Below are positions 60,238-64,000 of a stretch of DNA of 64,000 nt, one piece after another. Within the stretch, counting starts at the first letter, position 1, and every line of letters begins with the position of its first letter. A model generated the notes under the pieces. That model ran no database searches. It was given only the letters and a program-made list of their open reading frames with translations, and was not told where the DNA came from. The stretch comes from Eledone cirrhosa (taxonomy: Eukaryota). The stretch is from assembly GCA_964016885.1 (NCBI GenBank), contig OZ024743.1, positions 4,526,001 to 4,590,000 of the forward strand, in the 5' to 3' direction. The translations under genes were made by a program, and so were the position numbers.

Positions 60238-62262
60238 AAGAATGAATAATAACAGGTAGAGATCATAAAAAGGTAATTTATTCCGTGTGCTTACAAGTGT
60301 TTCCACGGTGGTACTGCAGCCTAGTTATGCTACGTGCAAATTCACAAGTACTTGCAGAACTCGAATATCCAATGCTGTGACCACTGTTTCCTCAGAGCAG
60401 AATGGTAAATGTACAATGTAAATACCCTTAAGTGGGGTTGTTGGGGAAGATAGAGTAGAAAAGGAAGAGAGAAAAGTAGGGAAGAGGGAGAGAGAAAGAA
60501 AGATATGCAGGGGTTGGAGAAGTAGGAGAGAGTGGTTTGTAGATATCTTAATCAAAATGTTATGGTAGGGGTTTTATTATACTGGTTACTTTTGGAGAGA
60601 TGCGTTGATAGTTAAGGTCGGAATTATTTATTGCCCCAGAGGGCAGGTTCATAGATATTGAGAGGGAGGTAGGTCAAAGGTGAGAGAGAGAGAGTGTAAT
60701 GGATGTAGAGATAGATAGGTAGAGAGGGGACAGACAAAGTATGTGTGGTGAGTGAACTTTGGGTTTGTAGTAGTAATCTAGGAATTGCACTGAGTTACCA
60801 TGTATAGTGATAAGCAGTGTATTGTCTTGTAGTGTGGGGGGAAGAGAAGGTTGTTAGCTAGAAAGTGGTGTTATAGTTACGGGTTCGAATGTTAAGTTAT
60901 TTTATAGTGAGAGAATTTAGCTTTTAGTTTGTGGTTGCAGTATAATGATCGTTCAATTCTATCGTTAAGTAGTTTGTTTTGGGATTTTAATATGTAAAAT
61001 AGCTCAAGGTTACATAACCTGCAGTACTTCAATCCACTCCGATATGCACTTGCGCTGGAAAGTATATCACATTTTAAGGTGAACTGTTGGTTGTGTTCAC
61101 GGAGTTGCCAGGTCTTGTTGGCGAGCGTGGTCACAAAACGGTGATTCGGATGTTTGAATGAGAATCGATGACGGTACCAGCGAGATTTAAACGATGTGGT
61201 GGTAGATCCGATATAATACCATTTCTGGTCGTTCGATTCAACCGTGCATTGGTAAACAATGTTGGACTTTAGGCATTCATTCTTCAATGGACATCTTTCA
61301 GGTAGATGGCAGTTACATTCTTTGTTGTGGGTAGCGGGTATACCATGGATAGGTTGTGATAGCGGTACAGGTGGGTTGTGTAATACCCGTCTCCCATTTA
61401 GTGGTTGGGAGGCAGATATTGCGTTCTGCCCATCTGTTACTAAAATGTTTTGTTTTGTAGAGTTGTTTAATTGCCTTAAGTTAAGTTTTTTTATGTATGC
61501 TTCAAGGTTTGGTGCCGTGGAGTATGATAGTCTAATAGTTTTAGAGTTCAGAATTTTGCTGTATTTATGGGAACTAGGGAAGTGTTTGTTGATTAACTTA
61601 AAGAATGAAAGAGATAGTTTTGTACTAATCGAGGCATTAAAAATAGGATTGTACCAGATATACTTTCTACAACGTGATTTATTTGGTGGTGATCTTCTAT
61701 TATTAGTATGTCTGGTAGTACTGTGTGTGTGTGCTTGTGTTTTAGTCCCCCGGTTACGTATTCCTTGATTTCGTGTAGAGCTATGTGTGTTATGGAAATT
61801 CCTATCGATGTCTTCTATTGTATCCCGGTGGTCAGCATTCCTTAATGCATTATTGTAGTATTCAGCGTGTTCACTAAAAATATCAGAGTTAGACGATAGG
61901 CGAGAGATTCTAAGAGAAATACTCCGGGGAACTGATTTGATCATGGAGAGTGGGTGGTTAGAGTTAAAGTTAATATACGTAAGGTTCTCATTTACCTTGT
62001 GGAAGGGTCGTATCTGTCCGGTATTTAAATTAAGAGTTACGTCAAGAAAGTTTACTACTTTAAGATTGTATTCGTATGTTATTTTTACACCCAGTTCACT
62101 AAAAGATTTTCTAATATTTGTCCGTAGCCTTTCAAGATTTTGGTTATTCAAGTTATTAACTAATAAGAGCCCGTCATCTCTGTATATCCCCCCCTGTAGA
62201 TTACTAAATTTACTATGTAATATGTGGGCTATGTAAATTCCCACGAGATCCGTGACCTCGCC
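60236..62262 (-). mobile_element. Second Naiad-type Penelope copy, 5'-truncated
   Basis: Uninterrupted 457-aa ORF 60892..62265, near-identical to the first copy, with the same 3' UTR. Hammerhead at 60288-60399. The 3' end runs into (TA)n. Confidence 0.93.
60892..62262 (-). CDS. Naiad-type RT C-terminus plus GIY-YIG endonuclease (partial)
   Basis: IYRDDG, VNFLDVTLNL, SNHP, WYNP, CNCHLPERCPLKNECL, YYIGST, CRLCNLE, CNHK. Confidence 0.9.
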   Translation of the reverse strand, partial: GEVTDLVGIYIAHILHSKFSNLQGGIYRDDGLLLVNNLNNQNLERLRTNIRKSFSELGVKITYEYNLKVVNFLDVTLNLNTGQIRPFHKVNENLTYINFNSNHPLSMIKSVPRSISLRISRLSSNSDIFSEHAEYYNNALRNADHRDTIEDIDRNFHNTHSSTRNQGIRNRGTKTQAHTHSTTRHTNNRRSPPNKSRCRKYIWYNPIFNASISTKLSLSFFKLINKHFPSSHKYSKILNSKTIRLSYSTAPNLEAYIKKLNLRQLNNSTKQNILVTDGQNAISASQPLNGRRVLHNPPVPLSQPIHGIPATHNKECNCHLPERCPLKNECLKSNIVYQCTVESNDQKWYYIGSTTTSFKSRWYRHRFSFKHPNHRFVTTLANKTWQLREHNQQFTLKCDILSSASAYRSGLKYCRLCNLELFYILKSQNKLLNDRIERSLYCNHKLKAKFSHYKIT

Positions 62263-62450
62263 CATCTCTTTCCATTCAAATTAGAAAAGCTACATTCTTA
62301 GCGAGTGTAAATGGCAAGTAAGTATGTTTTGAAATATATATATATATAATCAAGTATATTTTGAAATATATATATATAATCAAATATATATATATAATCA
62401 GGGTTTAGCTAATAAGAAAAAGTTAATAATAAATTTTAAAAAATTCACTC

Positions 62451-62557
<107 letters not shown>

Positions 62558-62688
62558 GTGCGTGTGTGTTTATCTACTTCTATATATATTATTCTGTTTC
62601 TCCTTTTCCTCTTCTTCCTCCAACCTCACTTTCATATATATTATATTTTTGTTTTTCAAATCCACTGTCAATAAATACACCAGGATTT

Positions 62689-62748
62689 TTTCATGCTGAT
62701 GACTGAAAGCAAATTTGTTTGCTTTCAAGAAACCACTGGTAAATGAAA
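62689..62748 (+). ncRNA. Inverted copy of the same hammerhead, perfect core
   Basis: UUUCAUG-CUGAUGA-CUGAAAGCAAA(UUUG)UUUGCUUUCAA-GAAA-CCACUGG-UA-AAUGAAA. Confidence 0.8.
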
Positions 62749-62789
62749 TAATTATCTCATGTTGTTTATTACATAACTATATATATAAA

Positions 62790-63276
62790 AAATTAGAATT
62801 GGTGCTCTGAAATAGTGATATATATATATGAATGTATATATAGTGTATTTTGTAATACACTGTATGCTTAATTAAAAGCATTTCGAAGACCTTACGCAAT
62901 TGTTTTAGAGTAGTGACAGTCTCACTTACTTTAAATTTTCAGCAAACAGGGGAGATAAAGCTGACAGAGCTCTGTTTCGTACTTTTTGGTACTTATCAAA
63001 GCTAACTACTCCACCTGTTTGCTGAAAATCATGAATGTTTGATTCTTATAGAAATCTAGTAATAATCAGGAACTGATTATACAGAGCGGTTGCCGGTCAA
63101 GCAGAAATTGAAAATGAGAATTGGTGCTCTGAAATAGCGATATATATATATGAATGTATATATAGTGTATTTTGCAATACACTGTATGCTTAATTGAAAG
63201 CATTTCGAAGACCTTGCGCTATTGTTTTAGAGTAGTGACAGTCTAATTTACTTTAAATTTTCAGCAAATAGGGGAG
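62790..63276 (-). mobile_element. Retrozyme-like 322-bp tandem unit (~1.5 copies) with hammerhead
   Basis: 62795-62954 is repeated at 63117-63276 (offset 322). Hammerhead lies between the repeats. TA tract at the 3' end. Confidence 0.65.
62959..63003 (-). ncRNA. Type I hammerhead ribozyme, U3-A8 variant, GUC triplet
   Basis: AGCU-UUGAUAA-GUAC(CAAAAA)GUAC-GAAA-CAGAGCUCUG-UC-AGCU. Helix I is extended by a 16-bp distal stem ATTTTCAGCAAACAGG/CCTGTTTGCTGAAAAT. Confidence 0.8.
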
Positions 63277-64000
63277 TGTATTGCAAAATCTTAGGTCGTG
63301 CATGTTAAGTGTATGTTAATTATACTATATATTTTTAGGTTTTATATCCAATAGGACGAAGTAAGTGTATAACAACAACAAACAAACAAAAACATTAACA
63401 ATGAAATAACAACGATTTATCGATCAGGGATACCAGTGACTAAATAAGAAATTATAGAAATTTTATGGCAGATCCTTAAATTAATGTTGAGTTCAAGAAC
63501 TTTTAAAACCAATAAATATCTATTTATTTAAAGTAATTCAGAGACAATGCTAAACAATAAAGTCTGCATTATCGAAGACGTTTACGGACAGTATGATGAA
63601 AATAACTTCAAAGACTGCAATACAATAATATCAGAAGAACTGATTATCTTTTGGCCACAAATACACAGGAATACTATGCTTTACATAAATTGAATACAAT
63701 AAAAGATTTGGCTTCAATGAAAATTAATATATTTGAAAGCAACGATAAAGTTGCAATTGTTTCATGTTTTCTTCATTCCGGAAGCGTAATATATATAGAA
63801 TTGTTATTCTATAGTGGCTACTCTTGTTTTCATCAATACTATATTATTCTATTCATATAAGTATGTGTGTGTAGCTGTATATATATATATATATAAACGG
63901 AAAAAATGAAACGAAATTTCATTTCTCACTCTTAGTACGGCTGTTACTTAAATATAAGTATGTATACGTACATACATATATGTATACAGACGTACAGTAG

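Noticed and set aside
57655-62236. Duplicated + strand ORFs of 169 aa and 99 aa
   Set aside because: Antisense shadows of the Naiad ORF.
57288-62262. Selenocysteine recoding, as known for some Naiads
   Set aside because: No in-frame TGA in the visible ORFs. The single stop in copy 1 is TAA where copy 2 has Tyr.

Overview
Eukaryotic, AT-rich and very microsatellite-dense DNA with no confidently identifiable host gene. The abundant tRNA-derived SINE and the repeat landscape suggest a cephalopod (octopus-like) genome, which is inference. Nearly all long ORFs in the track are either translated microsatellites or transposon remnants. Mobile elements present: (1) five insertions of a Tx1/L1-clade LINE, all associated with (GATA)n/(TATC)n tracts in the same orientation, down to a ~16-nt 3'-terminal stub; (2) Penelope-like elements (two Naiad-type, one Neptune-type, one GIY-YIG fragment); (3) at least seven asymmetric hairpin-plus-tail islands between microsatellites, mostly (TA)n, that look like ultra-truncated Penelope insertions; (4) about a dozen type I hammerhead ribozyme motifs found by eye, including two with a compensatory U3-A8 core and one in a 322-bp retrozyme-like direct repeat; (5) a head-to-tail Helitron array plus two non-autonomous Helitrons; (6) a bounded hAT/Buster element with an 8-bp TSD; (7) Tc1, CR1-like, CRE-like and HERO-like remnants and many SINE copies. 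The most striking signal is a set of microsatellite-targeting retroelements in which different families use different simple repeats, with a dense layer of self-cleaving RNA motifs. All alignments and folds were done by eye.
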